Positions 49,501 through 63,000 of a stretch of 64,000 nucleotides of DNA are shown in pieces. The position numbers and the translations under genes were made by a program. The stretch is from NCBI GenBank assembly GCA_965178125.1, contig OZ237773.1, positions 1 through 64,000 on the forward strand, given 5' to 3'. The notes beneath the pieces were generated by a model. It was not told the origin of the DNA. It made no database searches and worked only from the letters and a program-made list of their open reading frames with translations. Positions within the stretch are counted from its first letter, which is position 1; every line of letters starts with the position of its first letter. The DNA is from Bilabrum cf. latius (Eukaryota).

Positions 49501-52500
49501 CCCAATCTTGTCACAACCATCATCACGATTTCGGCACATTTTGCACCGTACGGCCAAATGTTTAAACTAGCATGGCAAGTATGGCGAGGCACTGGATCTG
49601 CACGATTTGTGCCGGGCTATTGAAGAATGCGTGATGGGCAAGATTCATCCCGACTATGCGACCACACTTGGCAACATGGCTCAATGCTTGCAGCATCAGG
49701 GGAAGTATGGCGAGGCGCTGGACCTGCACGAGGAGTGCCGATCTATCAGGGAGCGTGTCTTGGGCAAGAAGCACCTCGCCTATGCGGCCACGCTTGGCAG
49801 CATGGCTTCATGCTTACAGTATCAGGGCAAGTATAGCGGGGCGCTGGATCTCTACGGAGAGTGCCGGGCTGCTATTGAGCGTATGCTGGGCAAGGAGCAT
49901 CCCCACTATGCGAGCACACTCGGCAACATGGCTCAATGCTTGCGGTAGTAGGGCAAGTATGGCGAGGCGCTCGATCTGTATGTGGAGAGCCTGGCAATTG
50001 AAGCACGCGTATTGGGCAAGGAGCATCCCAACTTTGCGACCACACTTGGCAACATGGCTCAATGCTCAGAAGGGTAGGGCAAGTATGGCGAGGCGCTGGA
50101 TCTGCATGGAGAGTGCCGATCTATCAGGGAGCATGTGTTGGGCAAGGATCACCCCCACTATGCGACCACAATTGGCAACATGGCTTCATGCTTGAGGGCG
50201 CAGGGCAAGTATGGCGAGGCGCTGGATCTGTTTAAGGAGAACCAGGCCATTGTTGAGCGTGTCTTGGGCAAGGAACATCCTGAGTATGCGACCACACTTG
50301 GCAGCATGGCTTCATGCTTACAGTATCAGGGCAAGTATGGCGAGGCGCTGGATCTCTACGGAGAGTGCCGGGCTATTGAAGCACGCGTATTGGGCGAGGA
50401 GCATCCCAACTTCGCAACTACACTCGGCAACATGGCTTCATGCTTGCGGTAGCAGGGCAAGTATGGCGAGGCGCTCGATCTGCATGGAGAGTGCCGGTCT
50501 ATCAGGGAGCATGTCTTGGGCAAGAAGCATCCCCAATATGCGACTACACTTGGTAACATTGCTTCATGCTTGCAGGCGCTGGGCAAGTATAGCGAGGCGC
50601 TGGATTTGCATGGAAAGTGCCGTTGTATTGTTGAATGCGTATTGGGCAAGGATCACCCCGACTATGCGACCACACTTGGCAACATGGCTTCATGCTTGAG
50701 GGCGCAGGGCAAGTATGGCGAGGCGCTGGATCTCTACGGGGAGTGCCGGGCTATTGTTGAACGTGTCTTGGGCAAGGAACATCCCGACTATGCGACCACA
50801 ATTGGCAACATGGCTCAATGCTTGCAGTATCAGGGGAAGTATGGCGAGGCGCTGGACCTATACGGGGAGTGCAGGTGTATTGTAGAACGCGTATTGGGCA
50901 AGGAGCATCCCGACTATGCGACCACACTTGGCAACATGGCTCAATGCTTGCAGCATCAGGGGAAGTATGGCGAGGCGCTGGACCTGCACGAGGAGTGCCG
51001 ATCTATCAGGGAGCGTGTCTTGGGCAAGAAGCACCTCGCCTATGCGGCCACGCTTGGCAGCATGGCTTCATGCTTACAGTATCAGGGCAAGTATAGCGGG
51101 GCGCTGGATCTCTACGGAGAGTGCCGGGCTGCTATTGAGCGTATGCTGGGCAAGGAGCATCCCCACTATGCGAGCACACTCGGCAACATGGCTCAATGCT
51201 TGCGGTAGTAGGGCAAGTATGGCGAGGCGCTCGATCTGTATGTGGAGAGCCTGGCAATTGAAGCACGCGTATTGGGCAAGGAGCATCCCAACTTTGCGAC
51301 CACACTTGGCAACATGGCTCAATGCTCAGAAGGGTAGGGCAAGTATGGCGAGGCGCTGGATCTGCATGGAGAGTGCCGATCTATCAGGGAGCATGTGTTG
51401 GGCAAGGATCACCCCCACTATGCGACCACAATTGGCAACATGGCTTCATGCTTGAGGGCGCAGGGCAAGTATGGCGAGGCGCTGGATCTGTTTAAGGAGA
51501 ACCAGGCCATTGTTGAGCGTGTCTTGGGCAAGGAACATCCTGAGTATGCGACCACACTTGGCAGCATGGCTTCATGCTTACAGTATCAGGGCAAGTATGG
51601 CGAGGCGCTGGATCTCTACGGAGAGTGCCGGGCTATTGAAGCACGCGTATTGGGCGAGGAGCATCCCAACTTCGCAACTACACTCGGCAACATGGCTTCA
51701 TGCTTGCGGTAGCAGGGCAAGTATGGCGAGGCGCTCGATCTGCATGGAGAGTGCCGGTCTATCAGGGAGCATGTCTTGGGCAAGAAGCATCCCCAATATG
51801 CGACTACACTTGGTAACATTGCTTCATGCTTGCAGGCGCTGGGCAAGTATAGCGAGGCGCTGGATTTGCATGGAAAGTGCCGTTGTATTGTTGAATGCGT
51901 ATTGGGCAAGGATCACCCCGACTATGCGACCACACTTGGCAACATGGCTTCATGCTTGAGGGCGCAGGGCAAGTATGGCGAGGCGCTGGATCTCTACGGG
52001 GAGTGCCGGGCTATTGTTGAACGTGTCTTGGGCAAGGAACATCCCGACTATGCGACCACAATTGGCAACATGGCTCAATGCTTGCAGTATCAGGGGAAGT
52101 ATGGCGAGGCGCTGGACCTATACGGGGAGTGCAGGTGTATTGTAGAACGCGTATTGGGCAAGGAGCATCCCGACTATGCGACCACACTTGGCAACATGGC
52201 TCAATGCTTGCAGCATCAGGGGAAGTATGGCGAGGCGCTGGACCTGCATGGCGAGTGCCAGGCTATTGTTGAACGTGTCTTGGGCAAGGAGCATCCCGAC
52301 TATGCGACCGCACTCGGCAACATGGCTTCATGCTTGCTGGGACAGGGCAGGTATGGCGAGGCGCTGGATCTGCATGGCGAGTGCCAGGCTATTGTTGAAC
52401 GTGTCTTGGGCAAGGAGCATCCCCACTATGCGACCACACTTAGCAACATGGCTCAATGCTTGCAGTACCAGGGCAAGCATGGCGAGGCGCTGGATCTCTA

Positions 52501-52777
52501 CGGAGAGTGCCAGGCTATTATTGAACGCATGGTGGGGAAGGAGCATCCCCACTATGCAACTACACTGAGCAATATGGCTTCATGCTTGCTGGGGCAGAGC
52601 AAGTATGGCGAGGCGCTGGATCTGTATGGAGAGTGCCGGGCTATCAGGGAGCATGTCTTGGGCAAGGAGCATCCCGACTATGCAGCCACGCTTGGCAGCA
52701 TGGCTTCATGCTTGCTGGGGCAGAGCAAGTATGGCGAGGCGCTGGATCTGTTTAAGGAGAGCCAGGCCATTGTTTAA
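46523..52777 (+). CDS. Large protein: ~1000-aa N-terminal region of unknown family plus an array of ~25 42-aa TPR repeats (kinesin light chain/NPHP3-type)
   Basis: One frame from 46523 joined by TAG codons; repeat consensus QGKYGEALDLYGECRAIVERVLGKEHPDYATTLGNMASCL; first TAA at 52775-52777. Confidence 0.85.
49646..52248 (+). repeat. Higher-order tandem duplication, period 1260 bp (10 x 126-bp TPR units)
   Basis: 49646-50905 matches 50906-52165 wherever compared; ORFs recur at exactly +1260 (49656/50916, 50135/51395, 50516/51776). Identity ends near 52249. Confidence 0.93.
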
Positions 52778-53992
52778 CGTGTGTTAGGCCAGGAGCATCC
52801 TTAATGCTTAGCCTTGCTGAAGAACAAAATCGCCTGTCTTCTCGCTCAAGGGAGGCATGCAGAGGCGCTATCCCTTGAGCCTAGACTACAGATCAGTTTT
52901 TTTCCATCAACCACACCCATTGGCCCATCTTCACGGCTGCTGCAATCCCCACTGGTTGGCAGTTACCAAAAAGAAAATTCCTGCCCCCGGTCCCGCGGAC
53001 CCACTGGGCTTCACCCCGAACGACTGGTTCTTCACCGGTCCACCTGAATGCTATGTTTGCAGCTACGAGGCTAGCAGCGATCGCCAGCCGACGACGCTGG
53101 GTTCCGTGTACACTACGAATGTACACGCCACTTTCCCAATGCACCCGACTGGCCTCGTCGCCACATGGCTTCCTGTTCCCGTTCCCCGCCCTAGGGACTG
53201 TGTGCTTTGCTCCCTGCATTGCCACCTTGGCCCTATCCTTTCAGCTTGCACGTGCCGGTCCTGGCCGAGCTGCCGTGCGCCCCATCTGTCCACCCACCTG
53301 TTGGCCCTCTGCGTGCTGCTGGCCATGCAGCCCGCTGCACCCGCGTCTCCCTCGTGCCTTGCGCCTGGAGCCCCCATTCCTCCCGTTGTGATCTCCCTGT
53401 TGACACCGCACTGTCGTCGTCTGTGCCGGTGTCCCCCTCTTCTTCTCCACCTCCTGTCCTCCTGCGCCCACCTCGTCTTCCTGCTCACCTCTGCTCCCCG
53501 TTGCTTCAATCCTGATGTCCGAGTACATATAACGAGGCCACCTTGTTGAAAGTCGACGAGACACTGCAGTACCAAGGCAAAATCATGAAGGCAATTGACA
53601 TGTACAAGCAATGCTTTGCGATCCGTGATGAAGTGCTGGGGAAGGACCACGTCGGCTATTTGGGGACTCTAGGCCGTATGGCTAGGTGCCACGCCCAAGG
53701 GGGCAAACCGGCTAGTTCTACCGCATTTGAACCTAGACTTAAGATTAGATTTGTTCCTTCAACCACACCCATTGGCCAGCTCGCAGCCCGCCACGGCCAC
53801 AGCTCAACCGAGTGGCGGGCTTGCTGTTGGATTCAGGCCGTGGCCCTTTCTGGGTGCCATGATCCTGTCGTTGCAGCCCTCTGTGCATCCAGAGGATCCG
53901 GGGGTTGCGTCGGTGCTTCGCACTGCCGACGCAGGCGTCCGCGCCTCGGCTGTACAGCAGTTGCGACCGGGCGCAGAGTAAGGTTGCCGTAA
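52778..53992 (+). pseudogene. Degenerate TPR-module remnants downstream of the TPR gene
   Basis: After the TAA the frame still reads RVLGQEHP*CLA...AQGRHAEALSLEPRLQISFFPSTTPIG. A diverged second copy, QYQGKIMKAIDMY...VLGKDH...EPRLKIRFVPSTTPIG, lies at ~53560-53780. Confidence 0.5.
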
Positions 53993-54051
53993 GTTTCAGA
54001 GGCTAAGGTAAAGTGGAACAGGGCATTTTTGATTGTATCTTCGCGTCTTTT

Positions 54052-57000
54052 TCAGAGCTGAACACTCAAGAGCTACGAACAAGCCTACACCACACGCCAA
54101 CTTGCCGAACACGTCGGATCAAAATCCAGTGCCTTGCGCACGAGACCGTCGGACAGATCTGCTGGCAGAACCCTACCGGCTACAATAGACTCGACAGTGC
54201 TCTTCGCAGCGTCTAGCTCGCTCTTTGCTTGAACGCTACCCGCCTTTAGCTCATCTATTGCCGTCAGTCTTTCGAGCTTCGGGGAATCTAACGCTTCTCG
54301 AAGCGCATTAGCCTGCCCTCGAGCTGCGACCACCTCCTCCCAGAAATCGTTGTCTCGATCCGCTGGAAACACATCGCTTACTGCTGGAGGCAAAACCGGT
54401 GACCCCAGTTCCTGCCCAGCCAAAGCGACGGCGATAGACACCGTCCCCTCCCGCGCCGACTGCAGCGTATCCACAGCTTCTGCCACAGCTCTAGCCAGCC
54501 CACTGGCAAGAACTTTAGCACCAACAGCCTTAGGTACGACGTGGCCTTCTGCCAGCACCCTCCACACGCTTTGTGTGGCCACATCTTCGCTGCCAGCGGT
54601 AACTTGCCCTGCAGGCCCACCCCCGCCACTAGCTGCAGCAGTAGCACCGTGCACCGCTGCACGGGCGGCATCCCTCACCTAGTCGTCCTCATCTGCCAGC
54701 AGCTGCGCAGCTACTTCCCACGCCCGCCCATGCCCTTCCACTCCCCCATCTCCAGCACCAGCTAGCAGTTGCCCGCTTGCCAGCGCCCTGCCAGCCTCCA
54801 GCCGGTGCCTCCACTCCCTGCGATCCACTGCCGCACGCCCCACCACGGAGAGAAGCCCTTCCAGCCAAGCACTGCGCACAGTGGCAAGATCTCCCTCTGC
54901 GCACAGCAACACGCTGGACACCGCGCTCAGTGATCGGATCACGCGCACCCTGGCGCGATCGTCCGAGTCCTCCCCGTACATGCGAGCCAAGCCCGTCGCC
55001 AGCCCGTCCTGCCCCGCCATCCACCGAGCCAGCTCACCGGAGACGTCTCCCTCCAGTCCAGAGGCAAGGGCAGCCAGGGTCTGCCGGCGCTCGAACATGT
55101 GTTCCCCGAGGCCCATCCGTTCAGGCTGCGGCACTGGCCCGAGGGTCGTGGATGCCAGCCGGATGGCCGCCTGTCTCACCTCTTCCTCCACTGGCAGCTG
55201 GGGTTGCTCCCGGGGTGCGAGAGCATCCGCATCACCGCTAGATACACCACCTGGTGACTCGATGAGCAGTTGCAGCGTCCCGCACGCCTTCACGGCCTCC
55301 TTGAACGGAAATTGCCCGCCCGACTCACTAGCACCACCCAGCCGTGCTGCATCAGCTGCCTCTTTGGCCAGCCTCAGCCGCACGGCCCTTTTGGCTGCCA
55401 GCCTGACTTCATGCTCCGGGTGACTGCAGCACAGCCAGGACAGCCGAGCCCACCCAGGGACCTCAGTGCCCGCATCAGCACCGGCATTCTGCGCGGCTGT
55501 CTCTAGCTCGGCAGCCGCAGCCACTTCAGCACATGCCCCGAGCCATTCCCCAGCGGCAGGGAGCAAGCCGATGCGAGATGATCCGGGCTGATTGGCGGTT
55601 GTAGCTGCTGCATCGCACGCTATATTGCCGGAAGCAATCAAGCAGGCACCAACGACAGAAGCGCTGTCATTGTCTCCAGCGGCGCGGTAGATGTCCATCG
55701 ACTCCCGCAGCATCCTCATCGCTTCCAGCCGCTCCATAGGAGAGAATCCAACCGCTGCACCGTATGCAGTTGCAGCACTGCAGCTTGCCGCTCCAGCTGC
55801 CAGCGCACCGGCTAGGGCCTGCCTGTCTAGCAACTCGCCGAGCGCTTGCTTGAGCTCGTCGCCAGCCCCTGCAGCATGAGCCGCAACAGCCAAAGCAGCG
55901 CTCCACGCCTCAACGTGCTGTGTACATTCGCGGGCATGTCCTTGGGATCGCATGTGCCTCAGCAGGCGCCGCAATGCCATGAATCCCCCGCACAGCTCGT
56001 TTCGCTGCTGGGAAACCCGCGCTTTCCCAGATGCCACGCCCACCGCGGACAGCACCATGTCCTGCATCGCACTCATCACACCCTCAAGCCGATCCACGGG
56101 AGTGGCAGCGGCCAGCGCCCTAGTGGCTGCTCTGCGAGCCAGCTCGGAGGGATGTGCCACGAGCGCCGCGACGCTCCTCACGCAGCCGGCATACCTGTCC
56201 ATCCAGACGGGAGGCTGCTCCCCTGCCTCGGTCTTGGCCTGCGCGCCAGCATTGGTCTTAATGGAGAGAGCGGCCTTCACCGGCTTGAGCCTAGAGAATA
56301 GCAGAAGCACGGGCTGCAGCGAGGGCCGGACGGCTTTGTCCAGGTCCGCTGCCAGGCTCAGCTCCTCATGCAGGAGCTCTGCCAATTCCTCCGATGCAGC
56401 AAACAGCGCGTTGGCGGGCTGCACCGCCCCCCCCTTTGTGTTCCCCGAGGCGTCCTCTCGCCACGTGTCGTTGGCGCTGGCCTTGCCGCCGCAGAATCGA
56501 GCCGTGGCAGACGCAAATAGCATGAGCGCCGCGTTCCGCACGGGCCACCGGGAGGACCTGAAGCCAAGGGTGGCAGCGGCGAAGCACTCGGGCACCAGAC
56601 CCTCTGCCACTCTGGACGTGGCCTTGTCTGCCAGCAGGAAGTGGAGGAGCGTGAGCGCGTGAATCCGGGCATCAGGTGTGACCACCATCTCGCTCGCCTG
56701 CAGCGCGCCAGCACCACTCGCTGCGCCACTGGTGGGACCACTCTTCGCGTGATCGCCTCGTTCCTCTTCCCTGGCACGGGCAATAGGCAGCAGCCTCCGG
56801 AACATGGAGGCAGTCATCTCCCTTGCACTAGCCGTTCCCTCGCTGCCCCCGCCCTTGCCCGACTGGGAGATTGACCTTCCTGCAGCCTTGGCCGCTGCCT
56901 TGGAGACGCCCCCCCTCGTCCTCACCCGCAGCGCAGCGACCGACTCGCCTCTCGCCACCGCCGACACCGCCGCGGCCAGGCCCCCGCTCCTCCTCAACAC

Positions 57001-60000
57001 GCTGTCCCGGCGACGCACCGACACCGTCTCCATGAGTCCGTCCGTCCACCCCCATGCAGTGGCCCGCATGACCGGGTCCGACCTCCCCACGTGCGCCGCC
57101 TCTGTGACAACGACCTCGAGCGCATCCGCGGCGTGCTTCACCGCCCCCATGTGGTGCATCACCATGAGGCTCCTGCACAGAGAGTCGCCGATCCCACGGA
57201 CCACGGCTCGCGCGAGTAGAATCCGGCTGGGCACTTCGCCGTCCGTGTGGCTCCCACCAGAGGCAGCAGATGACCCTTCGCTGGAGACCACGTCATCGAC
57301 TGCGCCACTTTGCCCACCCTACAGCATGGTGGTGGCATCGGTCGGCAATGCTGAGTCATCAGGTACCCCGACTCCTCCAAAGGGGACAGAAGCAACGAGC
57401 CCAGCCAGGCAGGCAGTGGCCTCCTTGCAGACCATCCACCCGCTCACGCTCATGAGCTGGCCCGCGGCCTCACCTGTCGATCTCCCGCTGTCCCGGGCCT
57501 CGGCCCCACGCATGCCCGCGGCTTGCGCACCGCCCAAGGGTGTACCATCGGCATTCTTTTTATCATCACCGGCCTAAACGGCCCCATCCGGTCCCGATAC
57601 CCCCTCCGCACCCTACCCTTCTCTTAGCACGACGTGCCCCCTTGCGTCCAGCTCCAGAGCCTCGCTCGCGTCCGCGTCGCCCTCCGACACACCCACCCAC
57701 GCAGGTACCGCTGCACTGTCATGCGATACACCCGGAAGCACCGGGATGGCTTCGGTTCCACTGACCACCACTCTGGCCACCGCAAACGCCCTGGCGCATA
57801 CGTGCGCATACATCGCGAGCAGCGGGCGCCACAGCCCGGCACACGCAGAGCTTGGAGCAGAGGCCGCCCCGGCTTTGAATCCGAGAGAGCCGATCAGAAG
57901 GCGGCAGGCCATCAGCAGCCCGTGAGGCAGCGGCACGCGGAGAGCACCCCCGTCTGCAGCGCCTGGTTGGCTTCTGTCTCCCGACCCGATGGGCAGATCG
58001 GTGACGTCTCTCCTCACCCGCCCAGCAGGCCCCAGCTGCTGCTACAGGAATGCAGCCAGGGCAGAAGTGCGCCGCCGGATGCACCACAAGAGGTCGTACA
58101 GGGCCAGCGCCTGCACCGCTCTAGCCTCATCCAGGCCACCGACGGAGCCTACACAAGCATCAGTGGCTGCCTCGAGCACTGCCTTGCCTTCTCCTGTCTC
58201 AAGGTATGCCGCCCCCGCTTCTCTCCCCGCCTCATGCACCACCAGTGGCAGCCTAGCCTCGGCTAGGGTGGCAATCATTGCACCCCTGTCCATGCCTTTG
58301 CTGCCGGCGCTCAATCCCGTTTGCTGCCGTGCTGTGGCAGCGGCGGCCTTCCTGCCAGCCAGCTGGGCCAGCACGTGGATGGTCCTCGCCCCGCCCTCCG
58401 CCTCCTTCTCCTTGGGCGAGTGAGTGGTCAGCACTGCCAGGCGGACTCTGAGATCGACGTCTTCTCGCGCACTGAGGCCGTCAAGCTGCTCCGGTACCGC
58501 CAGCAGCAGCTCCTAAGCACCCCGTCGAGTGGGCTCCCACCGCGCTCCCAGGCTGGACGCGAGCAACTCTACCGCAGGGCGCGGCAATAGGTGCGTCAGG
58601 ACACTCGTCATAGAATCTGCGAACGAAGAGTCAGCCGGGAGCCCTTTGCGATCTTTGGCTACGGCTGCAAACCTGTCTGCGCTCGCCTGCTGCGCTACTG
58701 CTTGCAGCACCTGCAGGGGTAGCTGAGTGCGGTCGTTTGGTGCGCCGGGGTACATCATCAGCAGCGATGATTTCACGATCGCCCCCACACCCGCGCTGCA
58801 GGCCCGCACGAGCAGCATGTTCTGGTCGCTCTCCGGTGGCCCGAGGGATGCCGCTGCCTTTGCCACCGAGGCTGGCATTAGGTCAGTGCCTCGTCCTGCG
58901 GCCGCTGCTTGCGATTGTTTGCTCGCCCCTTTTCCTTTATGCGCCTTTTTTTCACCCTTCCTGCCCTCCCTCGTGTCACTCTGGGAGAGCGAGTGGTCCT
59001 GCTTGGCTGCAGGCGGCACTGCGAGCCCCTCCTTGCTGGCCGCAATCAGAGCACGGACCTCGTCAGGCACCCTGGAGCCGCCCTCCACCACAGGTAGAGG
59101 CCCGTGCTCTCTGTCAGAGAGGGCAGACTCGAGAGCGGCCCGGAGCGCCCTAAACCCGGCAAGCGTCCTGCGTGCCGGCTGGGCCGTCCTAAGCAGCACC
59201 TCGACAAGGCCCGAGAGGGAGCGCAGGGCCTGGTCCACTGTTCCCCTGGATGAGGAGGGCAGCTTGCTGGAGGCCCGGAGGAAGACTGCCACCAGCGCGA
59301 TCAGCTCGGCAGGGGGTCGGTCCCCGATGCTGAGCGAGTCGCACAGCAGCTTAAGCGTTGACACACGGATATCCAGGTGGGGATGCATCAGGCACTGCGC
59401 CGCCTCGCTAAAGCTCAGCACAGAGTCGGGCTGCGTGCTCGACGTGGCAGCGGCTGCTCGGCCAAACCCGCTGAGCGGGATCGATGCGAGGATGCCGTCC
59501 GCTGCCCCGGATTTAGGGCCTCTGCTGCTCGCAGTGCTGCGCTGCCGGACTGCCTCAACTTCGCCCGGACCCATGGCTGCTAGCGTCTCGCCCAGCACGG
59601 CCATCGGATCTACCGGTGTTTCCAGCCCGCTGGCGTCGCACATGATCGGAGCACCGAGCGCCTTGCTTCCCGCTTCGATGCAGGCATCCAGACGACCCAC
59701 CTGCTCTGCGCCCAGAATGAGGTACCCCTGACTACCTCCCACCTTCAGCTGGCCCTCGCCTTTGCTCGATTGCGCCGCTCGTAGCACCACCAGCAGCGCC
59801 CGGGTCTGTCGGGGACTCCGACTCGCACTCGTCACACCTCCATGCAGCGGAGTGTCGTCCTCTTTCCTCTCGGCCAGCTCCGTCCACAAGTCCTCCTCCA
59901 GCTCGCCGTCCCCCCAGTCGACTGCGGCGCCCGCTCCGCTCCTGGCCTTGCTGATGTCGGGCAGAGCCGCAAGCAGCCCGGAGCCACCAGACTATGCCCC

Positions 60001-63000
60001 ATGGCCGCCCCTCCCCGGCGAAGCCAAAGCCGCGAATCCACCCGGCCCTGAAGCACCACCCTGCAGCCGGATAGACACCTCCTGCACGGCCCCTGGATCC
60101 ATGGAGAACAGCGGGGGCAGCACCTCCGTGCTCAGCGCGAATCGAGCCCCCTCACTGCCTGCAAGCAGCAGCGCAACCACGTCCTCCATCCACGCCTCCC
60201 TCCAGGCGGCAGTGGCGGCCTCTCGAGCGGACAGAACCGCCGGGTCGGAGTCGTTCATCGCTTGTTCCCGGGCCTTCTCCCGGGCCTTCTTCCGCCGGTA
60301 ACGACCGCTGCTCTGGTCGAGGGGCGGATCGGCGGACTGCGACGGCTTCGAGGCACCCGAGCTGGAGTCCGCTGCTGCGCCTGGCCCCGGTGCATTGCCC
60401 TTGCCCTTGCCCTTGCCCTTGCCCTTGCCCTTGCCCTTGCCCTTCAATTTCTTCTTCATGGCATCCCGCGGGTCCTCCACCGGCGTGATGCTGTGCATGC
60501 GCCGCAGCCTGTCAAACGCTTGCCCGCCAACTCGCGCCAGGGAGGAACCCTCGGGCGCCGCACCGGCGCGAGGCAGGGCGCGCCTCCCGCCAGGAAGAAG
60601 ACTGCCACTCCCCGAAAGACCATCACTCCCAGGGAAACCCCCACCAGCCGGTCGCAACCTGCTCCCCAGCCCACCCAGGTTCTAGGGCACTCCTGCCTCC
60701 TGCGAGGAAGGCACCGCTGCAGTCGCTGACGATGGCCCGCCGCTACTGCTGCCCTCGTCGCTGCCAGACCTAGCCCCTAGCGTACCAGTCGTTGACGCAG
60801 CCGCGGCCAAGCGGCTCCCGCTGCTGCCCGCCATGGGAGACGGTTTCGCTGGAAGCCCCGCTTCCCGGCGGAGACCGCTGAGCCGGGACAGCGGAGAGCC
60901 AGCGCCCGCGAGCCCGGCAGCCGATCCACCTGTAGATCCAGCGCCGGCCGGTTTCTTCTGTCTGGACCTGAGGACGGCAAGAGGATCCACAGCCACCCCC
61001 ACGCTGTCGTTCCTCGTAAGCCGGCTCCTGTAGTCGTCAGTGACCCGCTCGAAATCCTCGTCAGTCATCGCGCTATCATCCAAGCCGTCGTCGCCATCGC
61101 CTCCGCTGCCAGATGCCTCGCTCACGTCGAAGCCAGCTCCGATCGGATACACCCACCCGCTGATCTTGCGACCGCTGCCCACGGCATGCCCGGGCACGAG
61201 CCCTGCGTCCCTCTCGCACTCCACCCGCGCCCCCACCAGCAGATCAAGCAGCACCTCTGCGCCTAGCCCCACGCCGGAGCCCTTCGACGTGCCCATCGAC
61301 ACCAGCTTGTGGGCCAGTCCGGGCACGAGGCTAAGAATCTGCTGGCATCCCACCGAGGGAACAAGAGCCTACAGAGTGGACAAAGCCGCGCGATTCCCGA
61401 GCTGCTTCCCGGCAAAGGAAGCGGCCACCGCTACGGGCCAGCCCTCCAGAGCGTCTGCCAGATCCACGGCATGCCCCGCGGCCCGCTGCAAAGGCACGTC
61501 ACCAGCGCCAACCAAGGGTGAGGACTGGCCAGCAAGCCCACTCGCACTCCCAGCACCCGTGCTCGCGCCAAGCAGCCCGCCAGGCGGTAGCCCCTGCTGC
61601 CTCCTGAGCCCGCTGCCCCCAGCGGCGCCAGACCCACGTCGGAGCTTGCTGGGCGGCGAGGCCGCGGGTGACCCAGCGCCCCCGCCCCCGCCCAGGGGAC
61701 TTGCCCCCCTGGGTCCAACTGACCCCGGGGACACCGACCCCGAGTTGCCCCTCCCCACCGGACTGGGCGATGAGCCGCTTGGCTGCTGTGCGCCCGTGCG
61801 CCTGCCGCTGGATCTGGTCCTGCCTGGCGAGCTGCCCGCAGCGGCTGCATTCGCTTGTTCCCTGGCAAGCGCCCTCAGCACGCGCGCTTGTGCCTTGCCC
61901 GCCGCGTCCAGCGCCCGCACCAGCCGCGGCAGCACCTGTTGCTGCCGCTTCATCTGCGCGTGCACGTCTGCCGACGACCCAGCTACGAGCGAGTCGCTCA
62001 GCGCAGGCCAAATCACCACGCCGGCGGCATGGTCAGAGCTTCCCGACGCCGCCGAGCGGCAGGACCGCGCCAGGATCTCAGGATGGTTCGCGGACATTTC
62101 CAGGAAAGCCGCCGCGCAGTCGAAGGCCTCTGCCGCCGCGTTCCCGCTGAGGCCCCTCCCTTGCCTGCACAGGCTGCCCACCAGCGCGAGCCCCAGGCAG
62201 CGGAGCGGCCGGGGGCTGCCCTGGTCCCTTGACGCGCTGTTCGAGCCCAGGGGAGGTAACTGGCCAATCGCTGCGTCCAGGGAGGGTGCCGCAGGGTCCT
62301 CGGATGGGATCGCCCGCAGCAGCAGGTCTGCAGGCACTGCATCCACCACCGCTCTGACGATGAGGTCGGTTGCAACCGAGGCCCGGCCCACGAGTGGGAG
62401 GCCCGAGGGCAGCGAGAGCCACGGCGACTCCTACCTTCCATCGCTGCTGCCACCCTCAGTCTGAATCTCTCGCACTTCTCCTCCTCGTTGGCTACCTGCA
62501 AGCGCCCCGTGGCATGCCGTGGACAGGAGAGACGAGGCGGCCGATGCCAGGGACCGGGTGGCAAACCCAGAGCCCTCCGCTGCATCGCGATCCATCGCTG
62601 CCTGTGCCTGTTCCCTGGCAGCCTGCAGGAGAGCAGCAGCGGCAAAGCCAGCCGACTGTGTGCTACAGGCCCCCCTGCACCCCTGCTACACCACCAGCCC
62701 GCACGCGATGGAAACGAGGGAAGGAAGGATGCTGCCGCTTGCATCATCATGCAATGCACCCACAGAATCGCCGCTGCTCGAATCAGCCGCAGAACTGCCA
62801 GTATGGGCCCCTTCGCCCGCGAATGCCGCCTCCACCTGCGCAGCCAACGAGTCGAGGAGAGACGCGTCTCCTGCGTTGCCACCCGGCACACTGCCCAGCG
62901 CCAGAACCATTGCAATCGTCACACCTGGCAGCGCAAGTATCTCCTGCAGGCACCTGAGCGCCTGGCCGGCCTCCTTGGCGGCTGCATCAGCGTCCCTCGC

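Noticed and set aside
49560-52770. CRISPR-like array
   Set aside because: Contiguous 126-bp coding repeats with no unique spacers; eukaryotic context.
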